Shown piece by piece: positions 6,528-14,826 of a stretch of DNA of 16,608 nt (position 1 is its first letter; the number at the start of each line of letters is the position of its first letter). The notes under the pieces are model-generated. The model had not been told where the DNA came from. It saw nothing but the letters and a program-made list of their open reading frames with translations, and searched no databases. A program made the position numbers and the translations under genes. The stretch spans positions 1 to 16,608 of the forward strand of contig JAWXBZ010000128.1 in assembly GCA_034440375.1 (NCBI GenBank), read 5' to 3'. The DNA is from Candidatus Eiseniibacteriota bacterium (GTDB lineage: Bacteria > Eisenbacteria > RBG-16-71-46 > JABDJR01 > JAWXBZ01).

Positions 6528-8374
6528 GCGAGATCGCACGGTTGCGGCTTTGCTACCTGATGGCGGCCTTCATGATCGGGCTGCATCTCCTTGCGGCTCG
6601 TGAACGCGGTCCGCAAACCTGGGGATTTCACCATCTGGGGTACTTGCCCTGGCCCTGGGCCCTGTTCTTGGGTGGAGTGGCGTTGCTGCTCGTGCTGCCA
6701 CCGGTGGCCGGCATTCTGGCCGGCCGTCTCGATGGAACGATGGCAAGGCTTGGCGAACCCGGGCAGGCCCGCACCGCTGCCGTCCTCGTCATTGTCATCT
6801 CGGTGGCCTGTTTCTGGTTCGGTCGCGTCCAGGAGTTTTTTCTCTCCGATAGTCGGCTCCTGATCGACGGTATCGACGAGGCGGCCCGACACTTCGCAGC
6901 CGACACGATGGCGATACGGGTGCACGAAATCGTGCATCGCTGGCTGGCCGGTTTCGGATCGGCAACGGCGTCGTTTCGGGCCGTCTCCATGGGATCGGGC
7001 CTCGTCTGGCTGGCCGCCATGCTGGGGACGGTCGGGGCCATGACGCCGGATGGGCGTTCGCGATTCCTTCTTGGTGGCCTGATCGTGACGGCGGGCCTGA
7101 CGAAACTCTTTTACGGCTATCCCGAAACCTCGCCGCTTTTGGCGGCCGCCGTGGCGCTCTTCATCCTGGCCGGAGTCCGCGTCGTTCGAGGCGGTGGCGG
7201 GGAATGGTGGCTGGCCGCCGCGGCCGTCGTGGCCTCGGCCATGCACGTGACCGGCATCCTGGTGCTTCCCGCGGTTTTCGTGGCACTGAAGGCTCGCCTC
7301 GGGATGAGTGCCCGGGCACGCCTCGCGCTGATTGCGGCACCGATCGCCGTTTTCGCCATCTACGCCGCGGTCTGGTTGACGCGCCCTGAATCGACCGGCG
7401 TCAACCCGTACGGATCGTACTGGGAGGAATTCACGCCGCTCGCCGGCCCGCTGCATGCCAAGCAGGCCTACACCTTGTTTTCCTGGCCGCATCTCGTCGA
7501 CATCGTCAACGAGATGATCCTTCTCGGGCCGTTCGTGCTGGCGGGATGGGTGGCGGCGGTGGCGCTGATCCGGCGGAGCGGGCGGAGATTCCTGGTGGAA
7601 CAGCCCGTGGCGGCCTTCCTGGTATCGCTGCTCGTGCCGTTCCTCCTGCTCTCGTTGCTTTTTCACCGGAAGCTCGGGGCGGCCCGCGATTGGGATCTGG
7701 TGGCCACGGTGGCGGTGCCATCCATCCTCCTGTTCGGCTTCTGGCTGGTGGGCGCGGCCGCGCGGGAAGCGGGGGCCCGGCGCACGCAGGTGGGACTCGC
7801 GTTGATCACGGCGTCGCTGCTTCATCTGGCCGGCTGGGTGCTGGTTGATGCCGAGGCCGGCCGATCGCTCCGGCGGTTCGAAACGCTGGCGGACGTCGGC
7901 GCGCCACAATCGCGCTTTGCGCGTTCCTATGCACTGGAAGAAATCGGCACCACGCATATCCGGGCCGGACGCATGCCGGAGGCAACACGGGCCTACGAGC
8001 AGGCCGTGGCCGCCGATCCGGCCAACGCCAAGGCCGCCGCCTCGCTGGGCACCCTTTACGGGAGCGCGGGGCGGACGGAGGAAGCGATGGCACTCTTTCG
8101 CGAGACTGTTCGTCTACGACCGGACCTCGACCTCGGCCATTTCAATCTGGCCAACGCGCTGGCCCGGCGCAATCAATATCCGGAAGCCGAACTCGAGTAC
8201 CGGGAGGCGCTGCGTCTGGAACCAAAAAACGCCATGGCCTGGCTTTACCTCGGGGCCGTCCTTCGTTCGCAGGGACGGTTGGACGAGGCCCGCCGCGCCT
8301 GGCGCGAAGGACTCACGGTGGCGACTCCGGACGTGGCCCGGCGGCTGAACGCCGCTATCGCCGCCCCGAATTAG
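6524..8374 (+). CDS. Polytopic membrane protein with C-terminal TPR repeats (GT-C/TMTC-like architecture)
   Basis: Start set at GTG 6524 (GTGA overlap with the CMD stop). About 12 hydrophobic segments, polar loop motifs LSDS, YGYPE and RDWDL, then about 4 TPRs (A..AYEQAVAADP, EA..LFRETVRLRP, EAELEYREALRLEP, EARRAWREGL). Length 616 aa. Confidence 0.8.
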   Translation: MSEIARLRLCYLMAAFMIGLHLLAARERGPQTWGFHHLGYLPWPWALFLGGVALLLVLPPVAGILAGRLDGTMARLGEPGQARTAAVLVIVISVACFWFGRVQEFFLSDSRLLIDGIDEAARHFAADTMAIRVHEIVHRWLAGFGSATASFRAVSMGSGLVWLAAMLGTVGAMTPDGRSRFLLGGLIVTAGLTKLFYGYPETSPLLAAAVALFILAGVRVVRGGGGEWWLAAAAVVASAMHVTGILVLPAVFVALKARLGMSARARLALIAAPIAVFAIYAAVWLTRPESTGVNPYGSYWEEFTPLAGPLHAKQAYTLFSWPHLVDIVNEMILLGPFVLAGWVAAVALIRRSGRRFLVEQPVAAFLVSLLVPFLLLSLLFHRKLGAARDWDLVATVAVPSILLFGFWLVGAAAREAGARRTQVGLALITASLLHLAGWVLVDAEAGRSLRRFETLADVGAPQSRFARSYALEEIGTTHIRAGRMPEATRAYEQAVAADPANAKAAASLGTLYGSAGRTEEAMALFRETVRLRPDLDLGHFNLANALARRNQYPEAELEYREALRLEPKNAMAWLYLGAVLRSQGRLDEARRAWREGLTVATPDVARRLNAAIAAPN

Positions 8375-10521
8375 CTCGAGATACCGAACTGGCTCAACAG
8401 GAAGGCGTAATCGAAGGCCACTTCCTTCCACGCATCATAACGACCGGACTGGCCGGCATGCCCGGCACCCATGTTGGTGCGCATCAGGAGGAGGTTGTCG
8501 TCCAGCTTGTTGGCCCGGAGCCTCGCCACCCACTTGGCACCTTCCCAGTAGCCGACCCGGGGATCGTTGAGGCCGGTGGTGATCAGCATGGCCGGGTATC
8601 GCTGTGGCGCCACGTTCGTATAGGGGCAGTAGGAGCGCATGTAGTGATACGACGGCGCCACGTTTGGATCGCCCCACTCCAGGTACTCGCCGACGGTGAG
8701 CGGCAGTGTCGGGTCGAGCATCGTATTCATCACATCGACAAACGGCACCTTGGCCACGAGGCAATGGAAGAGGTCCGGGCGCATGTTGGCCACGGCGCCG
8801 ATCAGGAGGCCACCGGCCGAGCCGCCCATCGCGGCCATCCGATCGGTGGAAGTGAAGCGCCTGGCCACCAGGTACTCACCGGCGGTGATGAAGTCGGTAA
8901 AGGTGTTCCGCTTGAGATAGGTCTTTCCCTGGTCATGCCACTCCTCGCCCAGTTCGCCGCCGCCACGAATGTTGGCGATGGCCCAGATGACGCCGCGATC
9001 GAGCAGGCTGATGCGGGCGCTCGAAAAGCTGGCCTCACTGGAAAGGCCGTAGGAGCCGTAGCCGTACAGGAGAAGCGGGGCCGTGCCGTCCCGGGGCGTT
9101 CCCTTCCGGGAAATAATGGTAATCGGAATTTCGGCACCGTCGTAGGCACGGGCATAGATCCGCTCGGACTGGTAATTGGCCGGGTCAAAGCCGCCCAGCA
9201 CTTCCACCTGTTTCCGAAGCGTCCGCTGTCGGCTCGTCGGATCGTAGTCATAAACGGAGTTCGGCGTGGTGGGCGCCTGGTAGCTGAAACGGTAGGCCGA
9301 TGTGACGAATTCGGCGTTCCCCGAGGGGGAAACGGCGTAGGCGGCGTCCGGGAACTCGATGTCGTGGCTGATGCCTTCCCGGAACGATGTCACGCGCAGC
9401 TGGCCAAGCCCCCTGGAACGCTCGACCGACACCCAGAAGTCCTGGAAGATATCGATATCTTCGATCTTGACGGCCGGCCGGTGGGCCAGCAACTCCGTCC
9501 AATGGGAGGCGTCCGGGGTGGCCACGGGGGCCGTGACGATCTTGAAGTTCTTCGCGTCCTGGTTGGTGCGGATGTAGAACGTGTCGCCCCGGTGATCGAC
9601 GTAGTACTCGATGTCCTCCTGGCGGGGTTCCACGAGCCGGGGCGCGGTGAGCGGCTGGTCGGCCGGAATGACCCGACACTCACTGGTCGTGGAGCTGGCT
9701 GAGCCGAACAGGATGAAGCCATCGCTCCGGGTCTTTGCCAGGTAGATGTCGTAAAGCGCGTCGTCTTCCTGGTACAGCAGGACGTCATTTGCCGCCGGGG
9801 TGTCGAGTTCATGCCGCCACACACGATAGGTTCGCTTGGCAGGATCGCGAGTCGTGTAAAAGAGATGACGGTTGTCGTTGGCCCAGGCCACATTGTCAAC
9901 CTCGCTCATCGCTTCCGGATACAGTTTGCCGGTGGTCAGGTCCCGGAACTGCAGCCGGTACGACTCGGAGCCGTTGGTGTCGGTGGAGAAGGCCATCAGT
10001 TGCCCGTTCGGGCTCACGTTCTTGACGCCCAGGCTGAAATAGTCATGCCCCTTCGCCATTTCATTCTGGTCGCAGTAGATCTCCTCGGGTGCATCAAGCG
10101 AGCGGGTCTTTCGGCAGTAGATGGCGTACTGCTTCCCAGCTTCGGTGCGGCTGTAATAGAAATAGTCGTTGTCGAGATAGGGAACCGTCAGATCGGTTTC
10201 CTTTACCCTCCCCTTGATCTCCTCGAAGATCCGCTGCTGCATGGCCTCGGTCGGCTTCATGACCCGGGCGGTGTAGTTGTTCTCGGCCTCGAGGTAGCCC
10301 AGCACTTCCGGATCCTGACGCTTGTCGTCCCGAATCCAGAAGTAGTCGTCGGCCCGGGTATCCCCGTGAATCGTGACGGGGTGCGGTACAACCTTCGCAA
10401 CGGGCGGATTCTTGTCATCCATCAAGTTCATGGTATTGGAATCTCTTTCTTCGCCAAGGAGGGGCCCGGCGGACAGGCTGGTGATCAAAGCGGCGACGGC
10501 CGCCGCGGAACGAAGCGTCAT
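8371..10521 (-). CDS. ptrB: Oligopeptidase B (S9A prolyl oligopeptidase family) with a predicted signal peptide
   Basis: HGDTRADDYFWIRD, YGYGSYG, IRGGGELG, catalytic GGSAGG, GLNDPRV and AGHAG, VPFVDV. SD AGGAG upstream of ATG 10521. Confidence 0.93.
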   Translation of the reverse strand: MTLRSAAAVAALITSLSAGPLLGEERDSNTMNLMDDKNPPVAKVVPHPVTIHGDTRADDYFWIRDDKRQDPEVLGYLEAENNYTARVMKPTEAMQQRIFEEIKGRVKETDLTVPYLDNDYFYYSRTEAGKQYAIYCRKTRSLDAPEEIYCDQNEMAKGHDYFSLGVKNVSPNGQLMAFSTDTNGSESYRLQFRDLTTGKLYPEAMSEVDNVAWANDNRHLFYTTRDPAKRTYRVWRHELDTPAANDVLLYQEDDALYDIYLAKTRSDGFILFGSASSTTSECRVIPADQPLTAPRLVEPRQEDIEYYVDHRGDTFYIRTNQDAKNFKIVTAPVATPDASHWTELLAHRPAVKIEDIDIFQDFWVSVERSRGLGQLRVTSFREGISHDIEFPDAAYAVSPSGNAEFVTSAYRFSYQAPTTPNSVYDYDPTSRQRTLRKQVEVLGGFDPANYQSERIYARAYDGAEIPITIISRKGTPRDGTAPLLLYGYGSYGLSSEASFSSARISLLDRGVIWAIANIRGGGELGEEWHDQGKTYLKRNTFTDFITAGEYLVARRFTSTDRMAAMGGSAGGLLIGAVANMRPDLFHCLVAKVPFVDVMNTMLDPTLPLTVGEYLEWGDPNVAPSYHYMRSYCPYTNVAPQRYPAMLITTGLNDPRVGYWEGAKWVARLRANKLDDNLLLMRTNMGAGHAGQSGRYDAWKEVAFDYAFLLSQFGISS

Positions 10522-10540
10522 TGACGGGTCTCCTGACAGG

Positions 10541-10593
10541 CAAAAGACGGCCGGTTCGCCGGAAAACAGACGCTGGAAAAGGCGAACCGGCCG
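10541..10593 (-). repeat. Perfect 13-bp inverted repeat (terminator-like hairpin) in the ptrB leader
   Basis: CGGCCGGTTCGCC (10548-10560) / GGCGAACCGGCCG (10581-10593) with a 20-nt loop, followed by TCTTTT on the minus strand. Confidence 0.7.
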
Positions 10594-10608
10594 GGTGGAA
10601 GTCCGGGA

Positions 10609-10617
10609 ATGTTATCA
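10609..10617 (-). promoter_or_regulatory. Putative extended -10 promoter (TGaTAACAT) for ptrB
   Basis: The reverse complement of 10609-10617 is TGATAACAT, about 90 nt upstream of the ptrB start. Confidence 0.45.
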
Positions 10618-10660
10618 GACCTCGCGACCGCTGATCCAGCACGGCATCTGATCGGTAATT

Positions 10661-10669
10661 TGCTATTGT
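10661..10669 (+). promoter_or_regulatory. Putative extended -10 promoter (TGcTATTGT), probably giving a leaderless MFS mRNA
   Basis: Ends 6 nt before ATG 10676, with no SD. Confidence 0.45.
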
Positions 10670-10675
10670 ATTCCA

Positions 10676-11845
10676 ATGTATTGGGGCCTCCTCAGCCTGG
10701 CGGGCGCGTATGGACTGCGGATGCTCGGCCTGTACCTGGTTCTGCCTATCCTCTCTCCCTATACGGCCTCGCTTCCCGGCGGAGCGACCTTCTGGGTCGG
10801 AATGGCCGTCGGCTCCTATGGATTTGCCCAGACCGCCTTCCAGGTTCCGTTCGGGGCCATCAGCGATCGTTTCGGCCGCCGCCGCACCATCGTGGCCGGC
10901 CTGGCTCTCTTTGTTCTCGGAAGCCTGGTGGCAGCGCTCGCGACTTCCGCCCCGATGCTGGTGCTGGGCCGGGTGCTGCAGGGTTCGGGAGCCATTTCCT
11001 CGGCCGTCATGGCGCTGGTCGGCGATCTGGCCCCGCCGGAATTTCGACAGCGCGCCATGTCCCTTCTTGGCATCACGATCGGGTTGACGTTCGGCGTCGG
11101 CCTGATTTTCGGCCCGTTGCTGGCGGTTCATCTGTCCGTGCCGGGGCTCTTCTACCTCTGCGCCCTGATGGGCGTGCTATCCGCGGCGGCCGTCCTCATC
11201 TTCGTTCCCAGCGGCCGTGACGGGCCGCATCCGCCACGCGCCACGTTTCGTCAAAACGTCAGTGTGCTCCATGACAGGAGCCTGTTGCGGGTAAACCTGG
11301 CCGTGATGGCCCTTCACCTTGGCCTCACCGCGCTGTTCGTCGTTCTGCCGCTGCAGATCGAAACGCTGATTGCCCGCGAAGCGATGGGACGCGTCCTGGC
11401 CCCGGCCATTGGTATCGGCCTCCTGGTGCTGGCGGCCACGGCTTTTCTGGTCGATCGGTTTCGGGCGGAACGGACGGCGTTGCTCGTCGGGGCCGGCTTG
11501 TTTGTCCTTGGCGCGGTGTTGCTTCGGACGGGATTCGATCGGGTCGGGGGGCTCACCCTGGGCCTCACCGTGGCCGTGGCGGGCATTGCCGTACTGGAGC
11601 CGATCCTTCCCAGCCTGGTAACACTGTACGCCGGCGCCGAAGTACGCGGGCTGGCCTCCGGCACCTACAGCATGTGCCAGTTTTTCGGCGCGGGAGTCGG
11701 CGGGCTGGCCGGGGCCTACTACCTGGCCCGGCAACCGGTGGACATTGTTTACCTGCTCGGGACGCTCGGGCTCGTCATCGCGGCGGCGGCCAGCGGCCTC
11801 CCGCCGCCTCATGGTCCTAAAGGTGGCGCCCGTCGAACCTCATAA
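10676..11845 (+). CDS. MFS transporter, YajR-like
   Basis: LRMLGLYLVLP, YGFAQTAFQVPFGAISDRFGRR (motif A), GRVLQGSGAISS, and about 12 TM segments. Length 389 aa. Confidence 0.92.
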   Translation: MYWGLLSLAGAYGLRMLGLYLVLPILSPYTASLPGGATFWVGMAVGSYGFAQTAFQVPFGAISDRFGRRRTIVAGLALFVLGSLVAALATSAPMLVLGRVLQGSGAISSAVMALVGDLAPPEFRQRAMSLLGITIGLTFGVGLIFGPLLAVHLSVPGLFYLCALMGVLSAAAVLIFVPSGRDGPHPPRATFRQNVSVLHDRSLLRVNLAVMALHLGLTALFVVLPLQIETLIAREAMGRVLAPAIGIGLLVLAATAFLVDRFRAERTALLVGAGLFVLGAVLLRTGFDRVGGLTLGLTVAVAGIAVLEPILPSLVTLYAGAEVRGLASGTYSMCQFFGAGVGGLAGAYYLARQPVDIVYLLGTLGLVIAAAASGLPPPHGPKGGARRTS

Positions 11846-12734
11846 TGACCCGTGGGCCCAGCCAGTCGAACATCAGTCCGGTTGCAAGGCCGGCCAACGC
11901 GTCAACGGCGTAGTGAAATCCGCCGTACACCGTTCCCACCGTCAGGAGCATTACCGGCAGGAACAGGATCCGGTAGGCCGGCTTGTTGTACAGCCGCGCC
12001 ATTCCCAGCACCGTGATGGACGCGGCGATGTGGCTGCTCGGAAAGGCCGAGCCGCGTGAGCTGCCAGCGGCCACGATTGTGTTGGTGAGCTGGGGAAAGA
12101 ACCACCCCTCGAGATCGGGATTCGGCTGGGGGAGTTGCCAGTACGGTCCGGTGACCGGCCAGAAGATGTACCAGAGATAGCAGGAAATATAGGCCGCGCC
12201 GACCACCGACATGCTGATCCGGAACTCCCGGTGGCGCTTCATCAGCCACAGCGGAATGAAGAGCGACGGCAGCATCAGGTAGTAGCAGAAGTAGCCGAAG
12301 TGCACGGCTTCGCCGAACAGCTTCGAGGGGATCATCTGGCGGAGCGTCACCGCGAGCTGCTGCCCGAAAAGGGCTTCCTCCCAACGCATGGCCACCGAAT
12401 CGAAATAGCGGTCGGTGAGGATGCGGTTGAGGAACTGCAGCTCGCCGTACATCAGCGCGACACCCAGGATCGGGTACCACTCGCGGAAGAAGGAAAGCAC
12501 CGGACTCCGGTTGGAAAACCGGACCAGGAGCGGAACGCCGACCAGGTAGACCAGGTGGAAGAGGAACAGGGAGAGCCAGTTTTCCGGCCGGTTGGGATGC
12601 GCAAGCAGCAGCGTGTTCATGGCGAAGTAGGCCATGACGATTTTGTCGATGAGTCGGAATCGTCCCGGGGCCGGGTCGCGCCAGGTGGAATGCGCTGTCA
12701 CGACAGCCACCAAACGATCATGACAGCCAGCCAT
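11817..12734 (-). CDS. PAP2-superfamily membrane protein, Aur1/inositol-phosphorylceramide-synthase-like
   Basis: YIFWPVTGPYW, AFPSSH, GGFHYAVDALAG and multiple TM helices. Start uncertain: ATG 12734, or GTG 12710 or 12701. Last gene of the spt unit. Confidence 0.8.
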   Translation of the reverse strand: MAGCHDRLVAVVTAHSTWRDPAPGRFRLIDKIVMAYFAMNTLLLAHPNRPENWLSLFLFHLVYLVGVPLLVRFSNRSPVLSFFREWYPILGVALMYGELQFLNRILTDRYFDSVAMRWEEALFGQQLAVTLRQMIPSKLFGEAVHFGYFCYYLMLPSLFIPLWLMKRHREFRISMSVVGAAYISCYLWYIFWPVTGPYWQLPQPNPDLEGWFFPQLTNTIVAAGSSRGSAFPSSHIAASITVLGMARLYNKPAYRILFLPVMLLTVGTVYGGFHYAVDALAGLATGLMFDWLGPRVIMRFDGRHL

Positions 12735-13698
12735 TCTCGCGGTACCACCGCGCCGTGTCGGAGAGGCCGGCCGCCAGGCTGAAGCGAGGCGTGAAATCCA
12801 GGCCACGAAAGGCCGGTGTCGCGTCGCATCGCCACGCCGGCGCGACGATTTCAATCACCTTGTCGTTGTTGATCGTCATCGGCCGCCCCGTCGTGTCGTA
12901 GATCAACTGGCCGAGTGATCCACCGATCGCGAGGACCCAGAACGGCACGCTGAGGCGAAGCGGGCGTTTGCCCAGCGCCGTCGCGATGGCGCGCATGATA
13001 TCGCGAAATGGATACAGCCCGCCGTCCGTGATGTACCAGGTGTGACCCGTAACGGGCAACTCGCCGGCCTTGATCAGCGCCTCGGCCAGGTCGGTGACAT
13101 GGAGCATCGGCAGGACCTGGCTTCCATTCCCTGGCAACGGCATGAATCCCCGGTTCACGGTCGAAAAAAGCAGGAACATGTCCTTTTCACGAGGACCGTA
13201 GACGGGCGGCGGGCGAAGTATCAGCCAGGGCTGCTCACCCATTTCCCGGCGGATGATCGTCTCGCCGGCCAGCTTGGTTCGACCATAGCGGGAGATGGGA
13301 TTCGGCGTTTCCTCGCCGGACAGGACGCTCATCCCGGGCGACGGCCCGCCGGCTGCCAGGCTCGACACGTAGACCAGTTTCGGGCGGCTCGGCGCGGCGC
13401 GGACCGCGGCGACTACCGCTTCCGTGCCCCTGGCATTGATCGCGTCATAGTCGGCATCGGAACGAGCCCGAAGCGCCGCCGCCAGATGGTAGACGACCTC
13501 GGCGTCCCGGGCAGCGTCGATCAGCGATTCCGGTGCGGTCAGATCGCCCTTCCGCACCGTGACCTTTGGATGCGTGGCGCGGAGCCCGAGTCGAGCCGGA
13601 TCGCGTACCAGCGCAATGACCTCGTGCCCCCGATCGAGGAGATGATCGACAAGGTGGCTGCCGATGAAGCCGGTGGCCCCGGTGACCAGCGCTTTCAT
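12718..13698 (-). CDS. NAD(P)-dependent epimerase/dehydratase-type extended SDR; putative ceramide (3-keto) reductase, CerR-like
   Basis: Start moved to ATG 13698 (ATGA overlap with the upstream stop). VTGATGFIG, VYHLAA, YVSSLAA, YGRTK (YxxxK), LRPPPVYGP. The reductase role is inferred from context. Length 326 aa. Confidence 0.85.
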   Translation of the reverse strand: MKALVTGATGFIGSHLVDHLLDRGHEVIALVRDPARLGLRATHPKVTVRKGDLTAPESLIDAARDAEVVYHLAAALRARSDADYDAINARGTEAVVAAVRAAPSRPKLVYVSSLAAGGPSPGMSVLSGEETPNPISRYGRTKLAGETIIRREMGEQPWLILRPPPVYGPREKDMFLLFSTVNRGFMPLPGNGSQVLPMLHVTDLAEALIKAGELPVTGHTWYITDGGLYPFRDIMRAIATALGKRPLRLSVPFWVLAIGGSLGQLIYDTTGRPMTINNDKVIEIVAPAWRCDATPAFRGLDFTPRFSLAAGLSDTARWYRENGWLS

Positions 13699-14822
13699 GC
13701 CACCGGTTTCTCGTACAGCCGGTAGGTTCGATAGACGTAGCCGCCCAGGTTGTCCATCGCCGTGCGGATCACCAGGTTGTCCTCCAGGAGCCAGGAGAAC
13801 TCGCCACCGCGGTAACCTTTGTCCTGGCAGACCTTGAACAGGTGGTCGTACATCATCACGTCGATGCCCGACTTCCGGTATTCCGGCAGGAGGCCGAGCG
13901 TGAGCACCCGCACCCATTCGGCCTTGCGCGCATACCAGAGGAGCTTGATCAATCCCAGCGGGAAGAGACGTCCGTTGGCTTTCTGGAGCGCCGGGTAGAC
14001 ATCCGGCAGCGACATCGAAAAACCGATCACCTTCCCGTCCTTTTCGGCGAAGTAGATCAGGTCCGGATCGACCACGGGCCGGAGTTCCTTCGCCATGTGT
14101 TTAATTTCCGGGTCGGTCATCGGCACGAACCCCCAGTTTCGCTCCCAGCTCCGATTGTAGATGCTGCTGATGATGGCAACCTCGGACTCAAACTTTTTCA
14201 TGTTGACGGATCGGATGGTGACATCGGGCGAACGGCGGCGGACGATCTCATTGCCGCGGGCCAGCCGTTCCGGGATCACATTGTGGGGAATGAAATAGGC
14301 CACCAGATCCTTGGCCTTCGTGAAACCGGCCCTCTCGATCAAGCCCGGATAGTAGGTCGGGTTGTAGGTCATCATGACCTTGGGCGTGCCATTCCAGCCA
14401 TCGACGAGCAGCCCCCACTCCTCGTTGCTGCTGAAGTTGGCCGGCCCGCGCATGGATGTCAATCCGCGTTCCGCCAGCCAGCCGGCCGCCATCTCGAACA
14501 GCGCGGCGCTCACTTCGGGGTCATCGATCGACTCGAAAAATCCGAAGAAGCCGACATCCTCGGCATGAAACTTCTGGTGATTCCGATTCCAGATGGCGGT
14601 GATCCGGCCGACATCCCGGCCGCCCTGGACCGCCAGGAATGACTGGACCATCGAGTGGCGATGAAAGGGGTGCCTTGCCGTATCGAACAGCTTCTTGAAT
14701 TCCCCGAGGAGCGGCGGCACCCAGCACGGATCCTTCCCGTAGATGCTCCACGGGAGGCGTGCGAAGCGATTCAGGTCACGCGGCGTGGTGACGGGATGGA
14801 CGGTCAGACTTGGGAAGGGCAT
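13695..14822 (-). CDS. Tandem-GNAT N-acyltransferase; putative bacterial ceramide synthase (bCerS-like)
   Basis: Start moved to ATG 14822, 4 nt after the spt stop. IYGKDPCWVPPL, GRITAI, GFFGFFESIDD, MRGP, GLLVDG, YNPTYY, NWGFVPMT, PEYRKSG, EFSWLLEDN, YRTYRLY match the roughly 375-aa double-GNAT family that includes bCerS. Confidence 0.8.
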   Translation of the reverse strand: MPFPSLTVHPVTTPRDLNRFARLPWSIYGKDPCWVPPLLGEFKKLFDTARHPFHRHSMVQSFLAVQGGRDVGRITAIWNRNHQKFHAEDVGFFGFFESIDDPEVSAALFEMAAGWLAERGLTSMRGPANFSSNEEWGLLVDGWNGTPKVMMTYNPTYYPGLIERAGFTKAKDLVAYFIPHNVIPERLARGNEIVRRRSPDVTIRSVNMKKFESEVAIISSIYNRSWERNWGFVPMTDPEIKHMAKELRPVVDPDLIYFAEKDGKVIGFSMSLPDVYPALQKANGRLFPLGLIKLLWYARKAEWVRVLTLGLLPEYRKSGIDVMMYDHLFKVCQDKGYRGGEFSWLLEDNLVIRTAMDNLGGYVYRTYRLYEKPVA

Positions 14823-14826
14823 CCGA

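Noticed and set aside
6296-7957. 553-aa minus-strand ORF
   Set aside because: Antisense shadow of the membrane-TPR gene. It is Arg/Gly/His-rich with no motifs, as expected in high-GC DNA.
8458-10524. 414-aa and 237-aa plus-strand ORFs
   Set aside because: Antisense shadows of ptrB with no recognisable features.
10676-11845. MFS transporter as the sphingolipid exporter
   Set aside because: It is convergent and separately promoted, and belongs to a widespread YajR-like family. Adjacency is the only link.
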